Shown here one piece after another: positions 18,622 to 28,504 of a stretch of 64,000 nucleotides of DNA (position 1 is the stretch's first letter; every line of letters begins with the position of its first letter). The notes below the pieces were generated by a model. It saw only the letters and a program-made list of their open reading frames with translations, had not been told where the DNA came from and did not search any database. Both the position numbers and the translations under genes were made by a program. The DNA comes from Eubacteriales bacterium. Lineage in GTDB: Bacteria; Bacillota; Clostridia; Oscillospirales; CAG-272. Location of the stretch: contig JAZRIJ010000043.1 of the NCBI GenBank assembly GCA_045645205.1, forward strand, positions 11,341 through 75,340. The letters are read 5' to 3'.

Positions 18622-21090
18622 TTACTTCTCGTAGACTATCTCACCGTCTACTGCCTTTACAGTAACAGCATCACCTGATTTGAACTTACCTTCAAGCATC
18701 TCTGTCGAAAAACTGTCTTCGATAAGCCTTTGGATAGTACGGCGTAACGGTCTTGCGCCAAATGACGGGTCAAAGCCTTCTTTTGACACAAGCTTTGTTA
18801 CACTTTCGTCAAAGCTTATCTTAACTCCCAATGCTTCGATCCGTCTGCCCACCTCGGCAAGCATTATATTCGATATTCTTTCGATATCTGGCTGTGTCAG
18901 CTTATTAAAAATAATTATCTCGTCGATACGGTTAATAAACTCGGGTCTGAAAGTCTCCTTCAGGTGAGACATAAGCACACTCTTTATATCTGCTTTTTCC
19001 TTCTCCGTATTACCCACGGAAGCAAATCCCATGCTTCTCTTTGTTTCAAGAGCCGAGGCGCCTACGTTTGATGTCATTATAATAACGGTATTCTTAAAGT
19101 CGACACGTCTGCCCTGAGAATCGGTCAACATACCGTCTTCAAGCACCTGTAGCAGCATATTGAACACATCGGGATGCGCCTTCTCGATCTCATCAAAAAG
19201 AACAACAGAATAAGGCTTACGTCTTATTTTTTCGGTAAGCTGTCCACCCTCGTCATAACCCACATATCCGGGAGGTGAGCCTATAAGCTTCGATACACTG
19301 TGCTTTTCCATATATTCCGACATATCAATTCTGATCATTGCATTTTCATCGCCGAACAATATGTCAGCCAAAGCCTTTGTAAGCTCTGTTTTTCCTACAC
19401 CGGTAGGTCCGAGGAACAAGAAGCTTCCCATAGGTCTTTTGGGGTCTTTCAGTCCCATTCTGCCCCTCTTTATAGCTCTTGCAACAGCACCAACTGCATC
19501 ATCCTGACCGATTATTCTGTCTTTTAGAATAGTGTCAAGGTGGAGAAGCTTTTCGCTCTCCTCTTCTGCAAGCTTTTTAACGGGAATACCTGTCCAAAGA
19601 GTTACGATATCGGCAATATCCTCTTTTGTTACCGAAAGTGTTTCACCGCCCGATTTTTCAGTCCAGTTCTTTTTTGCTTCCTCATACTTTTCACGGACTT
19701 CTTTTTCTTTGTCACGGATAACAGCCGCCTTTTCAAAGTCCTGCGCCTTAATAGCCTCTTCTTTCTCGGAGGATATTTTTTTCAATTCCTCCTCAAAATC
19801 CTTTACGCTATCCGGTTTTGTAAAGTTATTTATTCTTATTTTAGATGCCGCCTCGTCTATAAGGTCGATAGCCTTATCGGGTAGGTATCTGTCATTTATA
19901 TATCTTGTGGAAAGGTTGACCGCCTCTTCAATAGATTCATCGGTTATCTTCACCTTGTGATGAGATTCATATTTATCACGAAGACCTTTAAGAATAAGCA
20001 CCGCTTCTTCTTTTGTAGGCTCTCCTACCATAACTGACTGAAAACGTCTTTCAAGAGCAGAATCCTTTTCAATATGCTTTCTGTATTCCTCTATGGTTGT
20101 GGCACCAATAACCTGCATCTCGCCTCTTGCAAGAGCGGGTTTCAGTATGTTTGCCGCATCAACAGCACCCTCGGCAGCACCTGCGCCAATTATTGTGTGT
20201 ATCTCGTCAATAAAAAGAATTATATTGGGATTCTTCGCAACCTCCGCCATAACATTTTTTAGTCTCTCTTCAAACTCACCGCGATATTTTGCGCCTGCGA
20301 TCATACCCGATATATCAAGGGTTACAAGAAGCTTTCCTGCCAAGGTTTCTGGAACATTACCTTCAACAATTTTTTGCGCCAATCCTTCGGCTACAGCAGT
20401 CTTACCGACTCCGGGTTCACCGATAAGGCATGGATTATTTTTTGTTCTTCTTGAAAGTATCTGAATAACTCTCTGTGTCTCGGTATCTCTGCCTATAATA
20501 GGGTCAAGTTTGCCCTCTCTTGCCATTGCGGTAAGGTCTCTTCCGTATTGCTTAAGAGTAGGAGCATCTTTAAGCTGTGTTTTTGTGCCGCTCTTTCTTG
20601 CATCGCCTGCACCCCTTGAAACAGATTGCTGAATATCGTCAAAACTACCGTCATCAACGCCCTTTATATAATTTACAAGGTCGTTTGCAAGTTCGTTTAT
20701 GTTAACGCCCTTTGATGACAATATCCTTACGGCAACGCAGTCAGATTCTGCAATAAGCCCAAGCAAAAGATGTTCTGTTCCTATATAATTCTGTCCCAGT
20801 CTCATTGCCTGGTACGCCGAAGTCTCAATTATCTTCTTTGTTCGGGGGGTCATATCAGCAGCGCTTACATTGCTCTTTTTTCCCTCGCCCGATATTTCCC
20901 TGACGGTATCCTTAATACCGTTAAAGTCTGCCCCGCGTGCCGAAAGAAGTTTTGACGCAACACCATCTGTTTCCGACATAAGCCCAAGCAATATGTGTTC
21001 GCTTCCTATATATGTGTGTCCGAATTCTTTTGAAAATTCAAGCGCCGAGTTAAGCGCATTTTGAGCTGATTGTGTAAATCTGCTGTTCAT
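18622..21090 (-). CDS. clpC: ATP-dependent Clp protease ATP-binding subunit ClpC
   Basis: Clp_N repeats, two AAA+ modules (GEPGVGKTA, GPTGVGKTE), and a UVR linker (QDFEKAAVIRDKE). Confidence 0.96.
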   Translation of the reverse strand: MNSRFTQSAQNALNSALEFSKEFGHTYIGSEHILLGLMSETDGVASKLLSARGADFNGIKDTVREISGEGKKSNVSAADMTPRTKKIIETSAYQAMRLGQNYIGTEHLLLGLIAESDCVAVRILSSKGVNINELANDLVNYIKGVDDGSFDDIQQSVSRGAGDARKSGTKTQLKDAPTLKQYGRDLTAMAREGKLDPIIGRDTETQRVIQILSRRTKNNPCLIGEPGVGKTAVAEGLAQKIVEGNVPETLAGKLLVTLDISGMIAGAKYRGEFEERLKNVMAEVAKNPNIILFIDEIHTIIGAGAAEGAVDAANILKPALARGEMQVIGATTIEEYRKHIEKDSALERRFQSVMVGEPTKEEAVLILKGLRDKYESHHKVKITDESIEEAVNLSTRYINDRYLPDKAIDLIDEAASKIRINNFTKPDSVKDFEEELKKISSEKEEAIKAQDFEKAAVIRDKEKEVREKYEEAKKNWTEKSGGETLSVTKEDIADIVTLWTGIPVKKLAEEESEKLLHLDTILKDRIIGQDDAVGAVARAIKRGRMGLKDPKRPMGSFLFLGPTGVGKTELTKALADILFGDENAMIRIDMSEYMEKHSVSKLIGSPPGYVGYDEGGQLTEKIRRKPYSVVLFDEIEKAHPDVFNMLLQVLEDGMLTDSQGRRVDFKNTVIIMTSNVGASALETKRSMGFASVGNTEKEKADIKSVLMSHLKETFRPEFINRIDEIIIFNKLTQPDIERISNIMLAEVGRRIEALGVKISFDESVTKLVSKEGFDPSFGARPLRRTIQRLIEDSFSTEMLEGKFKSGDAVTVKAVDGEIVYEK

Positions 21091-21124
21091 TAATAATCAC
21101 CCTTTCATACTGCGCGGCTTGTTA

Positions 21125-22129
21125 TCAGCCTATAGCTTCTCTGATAACCGATGCGCGCAAAACATCTCTTTCAAAATCACTTATAGTCTTTCCACCATTA
21201 TTGGAAATTAGATTTGCAGGCAAAACACCTATCATTATTTCTCCCAACTTCTCATAGGTCAAACCGTCAATAAGACCTAATGCTATACCTAATCTCACGT
21301 CAGAATAAAGCTTCATAAACTCCTTCGAACTGACAATTCTTGCATATTTCAGAATACCGTAGGATCTGCCCACTCTGTCGGCAATCACAGAATATCTGTC
21401 GCTTTTCAGCATTTCTCTTGCCTTTCTCTCTTTTTCGCAGATCTGCTTTACTATTTCGTTAAGCTTCTTTAATGTGTCTTCTTCTGTAATCCCCATAGTT
21501 ATACGGTTTGAAATTTGATATAAACAACCGTCAGGCTCTGAACCCTCGCCGTACATGCCTCGAATTATTAGTCCTAATTTTGATAACTGTACCGACATAT
21601 TTTCCATTGATCTTGTCATGGTGAGCGCAGGCAAAAACATCATAACCGACGCTCTCATGCCAAGGCCTAAATTTGTGGGACAGTGGGTAAGATAGCCCCA
21701 GCTTTCATCAAACGCTATATTAATATTATCGTCCAACATATCATCATAAATACAGGCACTTTTGTAAGCCTCATCAAGCGCCAATCCCGGCATTATGCAC
21801 TGAAGTCTGATATGATCCTCTTCACAGACCATTACCGACACATCATCGTTATCATTTATTAAAAGAGCGTGAGGATTTTTCTTTTTTGCAAAATTTGGAC
21901 TGATATAATGCTTTTCAACCAACGCCCCCGTCTCTACATGAGACAGTTCTTTAAAATCAACCTTTGTAAATTTATTCCCCAAGGCATTTGTAACCTTTTC
22001 AATTATTTCATTACAAGATGTCTCATCAAGCTTTGAATCAAAGGGATAATCGGCTATATTTCTTGCAAATCTTATTCTGGAGCTTACAACAACATCATTT
22101 TCTTTTCCGCTTTTGTTATACCATGCCAT
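21125..22129 (-). CDS. mcsB: protein arginine kinase McsB
   Basis: Phosphagen-kinase-like core with HCPTNLGLGMRASV and EEDHIRLQ. It sits in the ctsR operon position. Confidence 0.93.
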   Translation of the reverse strand: MAWYNKSGKENDVVVSSRIRFARNIADYPFDSKLDETSCNEIIEKVTNALGNKFTKVDFKELSHVETGALVEKHYISPNFAKKKNPHALLINDNDDVSVMVCEEDHIRLQCIMPGLALDEAYKSACIYDDMLDDNINIAFDESWGYLTHCPTNLGLGMRASVMMFLPALTMTRSMENMSVQLSKLGLIIRGMYGEGSEPDGCLYQISNRITMGITEEDTLKKLNEIVKQICEKERKAREMLKSDRYSVIADRVGRSYGILKYARIVSSKEFMKLYSDVRLGIALGLIDGLTYEKLGEIMIGVLPANLISNNGGKTISDFERDVLRASVIREAIG

Positions 22130-22143
22130 AAAATCAGTCCTCC

Positions 22144-22683
22144 TTAATTGTCGCTTTCAAGTTCACGAATCTTATCACGAAGCACTGCTGCTTTTTCAAA
22201 TTCCTGAGATTTTATAGCTGCTTTCATCTCGTTTTTAAGCGACTTTATCTTGTCCTGTTTTGTCTCTTTTTCCTTGTACTTCTTAGGTCTCTTACCCATA
22301 TATTTCGCCTTGCCGTGTATGCTCTCAACGCTTCGCTTAAGCTCATCTGCAAAAATCTCATAGCATTTTGCGCAACCAACCTTACCCGTTTTTATAAGAT
22401 CATCAAAAGAAGACGAACAGAGCGTACATCTCTTCTTTTCGGCAATCTGCGCTTTTTGGGTATCATAAGGCAGACCAAACAGATCTGACAATCCAAATAA
22501 CCCGTCCGTACCGAAGCCGAAATCAATTTCATCAAACAGCGACGGAATTTTTATATTTAATTTGCCCTGGTTCTTCAACTCCTCGGCACATTTGGCGCAT
22601 AACGCATATTCCTGCGTCTGTCCGTTTACAGTCTGCTTATAATATATCTCCGCGTTATTCTTTCCGCATTTTTTACAAATCAT
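22144..22683 (-). CDS. mcsA: McsA (UvrB/UvrC-motif protein, activator of McsB)
   Basis: Two Cys4 zinc-finger pairs (CKKCG...CAKC; CTLC...CAKC) and a C-terminal UVR motif (QEFEKAAVLRDKIRELE). Confidence 0.9.
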   Translation of the reverse strand: MICKKCGKNNAEIYYKQTVNGQTQEYALCAKCAEELKNQGKLNIKIPSLFDEIDFGFGTDGLFGLSDLFGLPYDTQKAQIAEKKRCTLCSSSFDDLIKTGKVGCAKCYEIFADELKRSVESIHGKAKYMGKRPKKYKEKETKQDKIKSLKNEMKAAIKSQEFEKAAVLRDKIRELESDN

Positions 22684-22770
22684 AATACTTTCCCCCTATT
22701 CCGTTAACGCTTTTAAAAGTTTTCAAATATTTAAACATAAATTATAATTTGATCACGCTTATTGTTTATT

Positions 22771-23223
22771 CTACTTCATAAGCCGCAAAATTATTTGTCG
22801 GAGTATGTCTGCACGTACTGCATTTCTTGCAATCGAAGACAGCTTACCCAAAGCAGTGTTTGACACCGCGCTGCACAGTAACATATATTCCCTTTCAGAA
22901 ATAACCTCTTGATCAAGTAAATTACCAAGAAATGCAACAGCCTCTTTTTCATCTATTGAATCGCCTATCGCATATAGAAAATGCATTAAATATTCATCTT
23001 TGCCCATTTGCTTGCGAATTATACGAATATATCCGCCTCCGCCCCGTCTGCTTTCAATTATATACCCTCTTTCTGGAGTAAATCGAGAGGTTATAACATA
23101 GTTTATCTGGCTCGGAACACAGCCAAGCTGACCCGCAAGGTCATTTCGCTTTATTTCTGCCGCGCCCTCACCTTCGTTTATCATCTCTTCTATCAATTTC
23201 GCAATAGCATCAGATATAAGCAT
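22771..23223 (-). CDS. ctsR: class III stress gene repressor CtsR
   Basis: ISDAIAKLIEEMI...VPSQINYVITSRFTPERGYIIESRRGGGGYIRI is the CtsR signature. The start is taken at MLISD (RBS AAGAGG); the upstream extension lies inside the promoter and operator. Confidence 0.92.
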   Translation of the reverse strand: MLISDAIAKLIEEMINEGEGAAEIKRNDLAGQLGCVPSQINYVITSRFTPERGYIIESRRGGGGYIRIIRKQMGKDEYLMHFLYAIGDSIDEKEAVAFLGNLLDQEVISEREYMLLCSAVSNTALGKLSSIARNAVRADILRQIILRLMK

Positions 23224-23239
23224 TTTACACACCTCTTTG

Positions 23240-23310
23240 TTGACTTTGACTTTCTTTGACTTTTTCTTTGTGTTTGTATTATAACACAATGGTCAAAGAA
23301 AGTCAAGGTC
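23240..23310 (-). promoter_or_regulatory. ctsR-operon promoter (TTGACT-17-TATAAT) with two CtsR operator repeats
   Basis: Minus strand reads GACCTTGACTTTCTTTGACC-attgtgt-TATAAT-...-AGTCAAAGAAAGTCAAAGTCAA. The GTCAAA heptad direct repeats match the CtsR consensus (A/G)GTCAAANAN(A/G)GTCAAA. One box covers the -35 (23291..23310) and one lies downstream of the -10 (23240..23261). Confidence 0.85.
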
Positions 23311-23338
23311 TATTTTATTTTTTTAGAAAAATTTAGAT

Positions 23339-23376
23339 AAAAAAATCTCCTCTTGGAGTCCAAAAGGAGATTTTTT
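23339..23376 (-). terminator. intrinsic terminator after icd
   Basis: AAAAAATCTCCTCTTGG-agt-CCAAAAGGAGATTTTTT. The A/T runs on both sides make it bidirectional. Confidence 0.75.
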
Positions 23377-23388
23377 GTTGCTTTATTT

Positions 23389-24603
23389 TTATGCCATTAG
23401 CTTATCGAGATTTTCTTTAATAGCAAGGATAAAGTCCTTTGTGTTCAGCGCTGTTGCGTTGCCAACTTCCCATAAACCAACAAGGTCTTTTGTCATCTTG
23501 CCCTGTTTCAATGTTGTTATGCAAGCTTCTTCGAGCTTCTTTGCAAATGCGCAAAGCTCAGAAATATTGTCAAGCTCGCCTCTCTTGTTGAGAGCACCTG
23601 TCCATGCGTAAATTGTTGCCATGGGGTTGGTAGATGTTTCTTCGCCCTTGAGGTGCTTGTAGTAATGGCGTGTAACAGTACCGTGAGCTGCTTCGTACTC
23701 ATAGTTCCCATCGGGAGATACGAGAACCGAAGTCATCATAGCCAAAGAACCAAATGCTGTGGATACCATGTCGCTCATTACGTCGCCGTCGTAGTTCTTA
23801 CAAGCCCAAATGAAGCCGCCTTCAGAACGGATAACACGTGCAACAGCATCGTCAATAAGTGTATAGAAGTATTCAATGCCTGCTGCATCAAATTTTTCTT
23901 TGTATTCAGCATCAAAAATTTCTTGATAAATATCCTTGAATGTATGGTCATACTTCTTGGAAATTGTATCCTTTGTGGAGAACCAAAGAGGCTGCTTTGT
24001 ATCAAGAGCATACTGGAAACAAGCGCGAGCAAAGGATGCGATAGAAGTATCCTTGTTGTATGAACCCTGAAGAACTCCGGGACACTCGAAATCGTAAATT
24101 GTTTCCTTGAAGGTTTCCTTGCCTTCCTTGTTTGTAAATACAAGTTCAGCCTTACCTTCTTCGGAAACTCTGTATTCTGTTGCCTTATAAATATCACCGT
24201 AAGCATGACGAGCAATAGTGATGGGCTTCTTCCATGTTCTTACAACGGGCTTGATCTCGTCAATAAGAATAGGGGCTCTGAATACTGTACCGTCGAGCAT
24301 TGCACGGATAGTACCGTTGGGGCTCTTCCACATCTGGTGGAGGTTGTATTCGCTCATTCTCTGCTGGTTAGGAGTAATTGTTGCGCACTTAACACCAACG
24401 CCATACTTCTTGATAGCGTTTGCAGAATCCTTTGTTACCTGGTCGTCTGTCTTATCTCTTTCGGGAAGACCGAGGTCATAGTATTCTGTCTTGAGGTCAA
24501 CATAGGGGTTAAGAAGTTCATCTTTGATCATTTGCCAGATAATTCTGGTCATTTCGTCTCCGTCCATCTCTACGAGGGGAGTAGTCATTCTAATCTTTGC
24601 CAT
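23389..24603 (-). CDS. icd: NADP-dependent isocitrate dehydrogenase, eukaryote-like homodimeric type
   Basis: [29 protein letters not shown] and [12 protein letters not shown] match IDH1-type enzymes. The start is taken at MAKIRM after the AAGGAGA RBS. Confidence 0.95.
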   Translation of the reverse strand: MAKIRMTTPLVEMDGDEMTRIIWQMIKDELLNPYVDLKTEYYDLGLPERDKTDDQVTKDSANAIKKYGVGVKCATITPNQQRMSEYNLHQMWKSPNGTIRAMLDGTVFRAPILIDEIKPVVRTWKKPITIARHAYGDIYKATEYRVSEEGKAELVFTNKEGKETFKETIYDFECPGVLQGSYNKDTSIASFARACFQYALDTKQPLWFSTKDTISKKYDHTFKDIYQEIFDAEYKEKFDAAGIEYFYTLIDDAVARVIRSEGGFIWACKNYDGDVMSDMVSTAFGSLAMMTSVLVSPDGNYEYEAAHGTVTRHYYKHLKGEETSTNPMATIYAWTGALNKRGELDNISELCAFAKKLEEACITTLKQGKMTKDLVGLWEVGNATALNTKDFILAIKENLDKLMA

Positions 24604-24858
24604 GGTATTTTTCTCCTTAAAAATATCATTATTATTTTTTGTTATTGGAAATTCAATGGGATCCTTCGACTGCGAGGGCACTGCCCTCTCCGCTCAGGAT
24701 GACCATTTAAGGAACGGTTGTGCACAAACATCATACTGTAGGCTAACACAGTTCGCTGCATACAGCACAACTGTATCTCTTATCTTTTATCTATTCAATA
24801 TTATCTAAAATGACAGACTTCAAGTGATACCGCCGACGGCGGTATTACTTATCTTACT

Positions 24859-27093
24859 TTATTTTGCAAGACCTGCTGCATAGTAGTTCATCAAGCAGCC
24901 TTCGGTGATGATGAGCTTTTCGTCTGCTGTAAGCCCCTTGCAGTAGAGTGTAATATCCTTAACACCGTCAGCAGTAATAACCTTTGCAGGAATTTCTTCC
25001 TTGCCGGAAAGGATAGCTTCTCTTACACCGGGAACATACAGATAGTCATTTTCAGTGTAGTTAAATTCAACATCCTTTTCAATTGTGAAAGGAACAATCC
25101 CCCAGTTAATGCAGTTTGAACGGTAACACTTTGTAGCATATTCGTAGCAAACATTTGCAAATCCCCCGAGAACCTTCTGGCAGGAATCCGCCTGCTCACG
25201 AGCAGAACCGTCGCCGGGTCTCTTTGCGAATACACAGGAACCGATGGTAGTCTTCTTAATGTCGCCGCCAACCTTTGCCAAAACTTCAACTATCTCAGCA
25301 GGAGCGTTGCCTTCTTGACGTGCAACTTCGAGAGCATTTACAGCTTTTGATCTTTCAACATATTCGGGAACACGTCTGGAAAGAGCAAACTCGGAAAGCT
25401 TCAGGGGGTTGGAACGGTAGGAAGATGTTTCACCCGAGGGGATAAGCTCGTCAGTTGTTGTTACGTCATCATGGATAACTGCGCAAAACTTAACAAGCAT
25501 ATCATCATCAAGTCTGTACATCTTGGGCCAGTCCTTGATGTTGGGACCGAAGCGGAGCTCGTATCCGGGTTCTGGATTACCAAAGCCGTTGTAAACTCTC
25601 TTTTCATAAATTGTGGGATCAAACTTATACTCATGCTCAGGTACTGTATATTCAATATCTGTAGCGGCTGTAAGAACACCGTGATTTGCTGCTGTAGCGG
25701 CAATAGAACGGGCATCCATAAGAGCAACTGCGGAAATTTGTCCCTGTCCGGGTTTTGAACCTTCGCGGTTTGCAAAGTTTCTTGTAGCATGGCGGATAGA
25801 GAAGCCATTGTGCGCAGGTGTATCACCGGCGCCAAAGCAAGGCCCGCAAAATGCAGGCTTAATTACTGCTCCGGCAGACATAAGTTTTTCACTTGTGCCA
25901 TCTCTTGTAATAGCCATATTAATAGGAGCAGATGAAGGATATACGGAAAGGTCAAAGTATGTGTTACCGATAGACTGGTTTTCGAGAATAGCTGCAGCCT
26001 CAACGAGGTTTTCGTACATACCGCCCGAGCAACCAACGATAACACCCTGATCGGCAACTACCTTGCCGTCAACAATGTTTCTGCAAAGATCCATTGTAAC
26101 TTGCTTACCAAGACTCTTCTGACACTCTGCTTCTGTTTCCTTGAAAATCTTTTCAGCGTTAGCCTGAAGCTCGTGGATTGTAAATGCCTTGGAAGGATGG
26201 AAAGGAAGCGCAATCATACTTTCCATCTTGGAAAGGTCAATCTTTACAATAGAATCATAGTATGCGCCCTCTTCCACTTTCATTTCAGCATAAGCTTCTG
26301 GACGTCTTACATTTTCATAGAATTCCTTAACAACCCCGTCTGTTTCCCAGATAGATGTGAGACAGCTTGTTTCTGTTGTCATAACATCAACACCGATACG
26401 AAAGTCCATAGAAAGATCTGCAACACCGGGACCTGCAAATTCAAGAACCTTATTCTTAACATCAGCATTAGGAAAAGTTTCAGCAACAAGCGCGATAGCT
26501 ACGTCATGAGGACCGATACCGTGAGGAAGCTTACCGTCAATCCATACGAGTACTACTTCGGGTGCTGGTACGTCATATGTGTTTTCAAGAAGCTGCTTAA
26601 CCAATTCGCCGCCGCCTTCACCGACACCGAGTGTACCATAACAGCCGTAACGTGTATGAGAGTCAGAACCGAGAATCATGCCGCCGCACTTTGCAAGCAT
26701 CTCACGCGCATACTGGTGAATAACCGCCTGATTTGCAGGAACATAGATACCACCATATTTGCGAGCTGCAGAAAGGCCGAATGCATGATCATCTTCATTT
26801 ATAGTACCGCCCACAGCACAAAGCGAGTTGTGGCAGTTTGTCATAGCATAAGGAATGGGGAACTTTTTCAATCCGCTTGCTCTTGCTGTCTGTATAATGC
26901 CTACATAAGTAATATCATGAGAAATCAAGGCATCAAACTTAATTCGCATCTTTTTTGGATCTGTTGATTTGTCATGCGCTCTGAGAATTTTGTATGCCAT
27001 CGTCTTATCACGAGCGGCATCAATGTTTACAGGTGTAGTAAATTCGGGTTTACCGTTTATAATCGTTATACCTTTTTTAATCATTTCTACCAT
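24859..27093 (-). CDS. acn: aconitate hydratase
   Basis: 744 aa with aconitase catalytic motifs: GSDSHT, a Cys ligand region (GCSGG, CGPCFG), and a swivel domain (TTDELIPSG). The AAGGAGAA RBS precedes the start. Confidence 0.9.
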   Translation of the reverse strand: MVEMIKKGITIINGKPEFTTPVNIDAARDKTMAYKILRAHDKSTDPKKMRIKFDALISHDITYVGIIQTARASGLKKFPIPYAMTNCHNSLCAVGGTINEDDHAFGLSAARKYGGIYVPANQAVIHQYAREMLAKCGGMILGSDSHTRYGCYGTLGVGEGGGELVKQLLENTYDVPAPEVVLVWIDGKLPHGIGPHDVAIALVAETFPNADVKNKVLEFAGPGVADLSMDFRIGVDVMTTETSCLTSIWETDGVVKEFYENVRRPEAYAEMKVEEGAYYDSIVKIDLSKMESMIALPFHPSKAFTIHELQANAEKIFKETEAECQKSLGKQVTMDLCRNIVDGKVVADQGVIVGCSGGMYENLVEAAAILENQSIGNTYFDLSVYPSSAPINMAITRDGTSEKLMSAGAVIKPAFCGPCFGAGDTPAHNGFSIRHATRNFANREGSKPGQGQISAVALMDARSIAATAANHGVLTAATDIEYTVPEHEYKFDPTIYEKRVYNGFGNPEPGYELRFGPNIKDWPKMYRLDDDMLVKFCAVIHDDVTTTDELIPSGETSSYRSNPLKLSEFALSRRVPEYVERSKAVNALEVARQEGNAPAEIVEVLAKVGGDIKKTTIGSCVFAKRPGDGSAREQADSCQKVLGGFANVCYEYATKCYRSNCINWGIVPFTIEKDVEFNYTENDYLYVPGVREAILSGKEEIPAKVITADGVKDITLYCKGLTADEKLIITEGCLMNYYAAGLAK

Positions 27094-27115
27094 AAGAAAT
27101 TCTCCTTAATGTTAT

Positions 27116-27955
27116 TTAAATTTTTTCAAGATTATAAATAAACCATGTTATTGCCAAAAGGTCTGCGCACCCTCCCGGACTTAAGTTCTTTTGTATAAGC
27201 TCTCTGTCAAACTCTTTTATTTCGTCAAAGTCCGCATCATACAGGCTTTCCGCCCTTTTTTTGACATAATCCGCTATATCCTTTCCGCCCCTGCTTATAA
27301 CATTCGTGTCTTCAACAACACTCATCATATATATAAGGGTACGAACCAAGGATTCGTTTTCAGTCATTCCATTACAAAAACATTTCTTCATAAAGGGATA
27401 TGAATATTTTTTAATCGTCGCAAAGCCCGATTCAGCCTCCCCACGAATACCCTTTATACCGTATTTTCTATAAAGCTTTTCGCCGTTTGTCATAAGGCTC
27501 TCGTCTTTTTCTATAGAGTAATCGCTTTGGCATACACCCTTTGAGATTAGCGAAACAGTATAACAGATATTTTCAACATCAATACTTTTATTCAAGGCAA
27601 GAATTCTGCCTACCGCTATGCAAATAAGTCCTGCAGAAAAAATCATGCCCTTGTGGGTATTGATCCCTCCTGTTGCATCGAACATTGCTTTTTCAGCTTC
27701 CATTCCTATATTTCTCGCCTCGGGAAAGATTTTATTCTCGCCAAAAGCGGCTGTCTCATAACCGTATATTACAAAGCGATAAAAATAAGGTTTTAAGGCT
27801 TGGGCGCTTTTTTTAAATGTATTTATATCCATATCACTGTGTGCACCGCTGTTTTCGCTGTCAACAAGTCCCGGTTTCGGTGTTGCCGAAACCTCGTCAA
27901 TGAGCGCTTTTTCCGCCAAAGCGCTTATTTGCTCAAATACTTTATATTTATTCAT
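27116..27955 (-). CDS. citG: triphosphoribosyl-dephospho-CoA synthase
   Basis: ALIDEVSATPKPGLVD...GAHSDMD is the CitG/MdcB signature. It lies in the cit cluster. Confidence 0.9.
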   Translation of the reverse strand: MNKYKVFEQISALAEKALIDEVSATPKPGLVDSENSGAHSDMDINTFKKSAQALKPYFYRFVIYGYETAAFGENKIFPEARNIGMEAEKAMFDATGGINTHKGMIFSAGLICIAVGRILALNKSIDVENICYTVSLISKGVCQSDYSIEKDESLMTNGEKLYRKYGIKGIRGEAESGFATIKKYSYPFMKKCFCNGMTENESLVRTLIYMMSVVEDTNVISRGGKDIADYVKKRAESLYDADFDEIKEFDRELIQKNLSPGGCADLLAITWFIYNLEKI

Positions 27956-27970
27956 TTATTATATTCTCGC

Positions 27971-28504
27971 TTACTTTTTTGCCGTTTTTGAAATTTTATA
28001 CTCATCCAATAATACCCTTTTAATTTCTTTTAAAAGCTCGTCAACCGAATGTTTTCTCGATCTTGCGCAAGCGTGAGCAGGCTCTCCGCATATAAGACAT
28101 TTTCTTCCCACAAGTCCCAGCATAGTGCGCGATATAGGTTTCTTACAGATATCTATAACGTCAAAATCAAACAGCCTGTTGAATCTGCATTCATCCTCTA
28201 TTGAAACTGTAAGCTTTTTTAGCTCGCGCGCATCAAGATCAACACAGTAAAATGCTTCAAGTCCGGTATTCTTTTGACGTTCATTTTTAAATATAATATT
28301 ATATCCGCCAAGGGCAGCTTCTAAAGCAGCCTTGCCCTTGGAGAATATTTTTTCACTCATTTCATTTCGCTTGACAGATCCCGGCATTACTACTGTAAAC
28401 GAAATAAGCGGACACTTATATTTATCTATAAGATATGACTGATAGAAAGCACGGTCTTCTTTGCTTTCAAGCATATCTTCAAGAGTAACCGATACGTATT
28501 CCAT
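27971..28504 (-). CDS. citX: citrate lyase holo-[acyl-carrier protein] synthase
   Basis: 177 aa with an N-terminal LEDMLESKEDRAFYQ pattern typical of CitX. It sits between citF and citG. Confidence 0.85.
   Translation of the reverse strand: MEYVSVTLEDMLESKEDRAFYQSYLIDKYKCPLISFTVVMPGSVKRNEMSEKIFSKGKAALEAALGGYNIIFKNERQKNTGLEAFYCVDLDARELKKLTVSIEDECRFNRLFDFDVIDICKKPISRTMLGLVGRKCLICGEPAHACARSRKHSVDELLKEIKRVLLDEYKISKTAKK

Noticed and set aside
26101-26967. 288-aa plus-strand ORF inside the aconitase gene
   Set aside because: It lies antisense to a well-supported CDS. Its composition is Cys/Phe/Asn-rich junk with no RBS. The same reasoning applies to 11021..11785 (antisense to recA/recX), 40398..41090 (antisense to apbE) and 47652..48347 (antisense to ftsZ).
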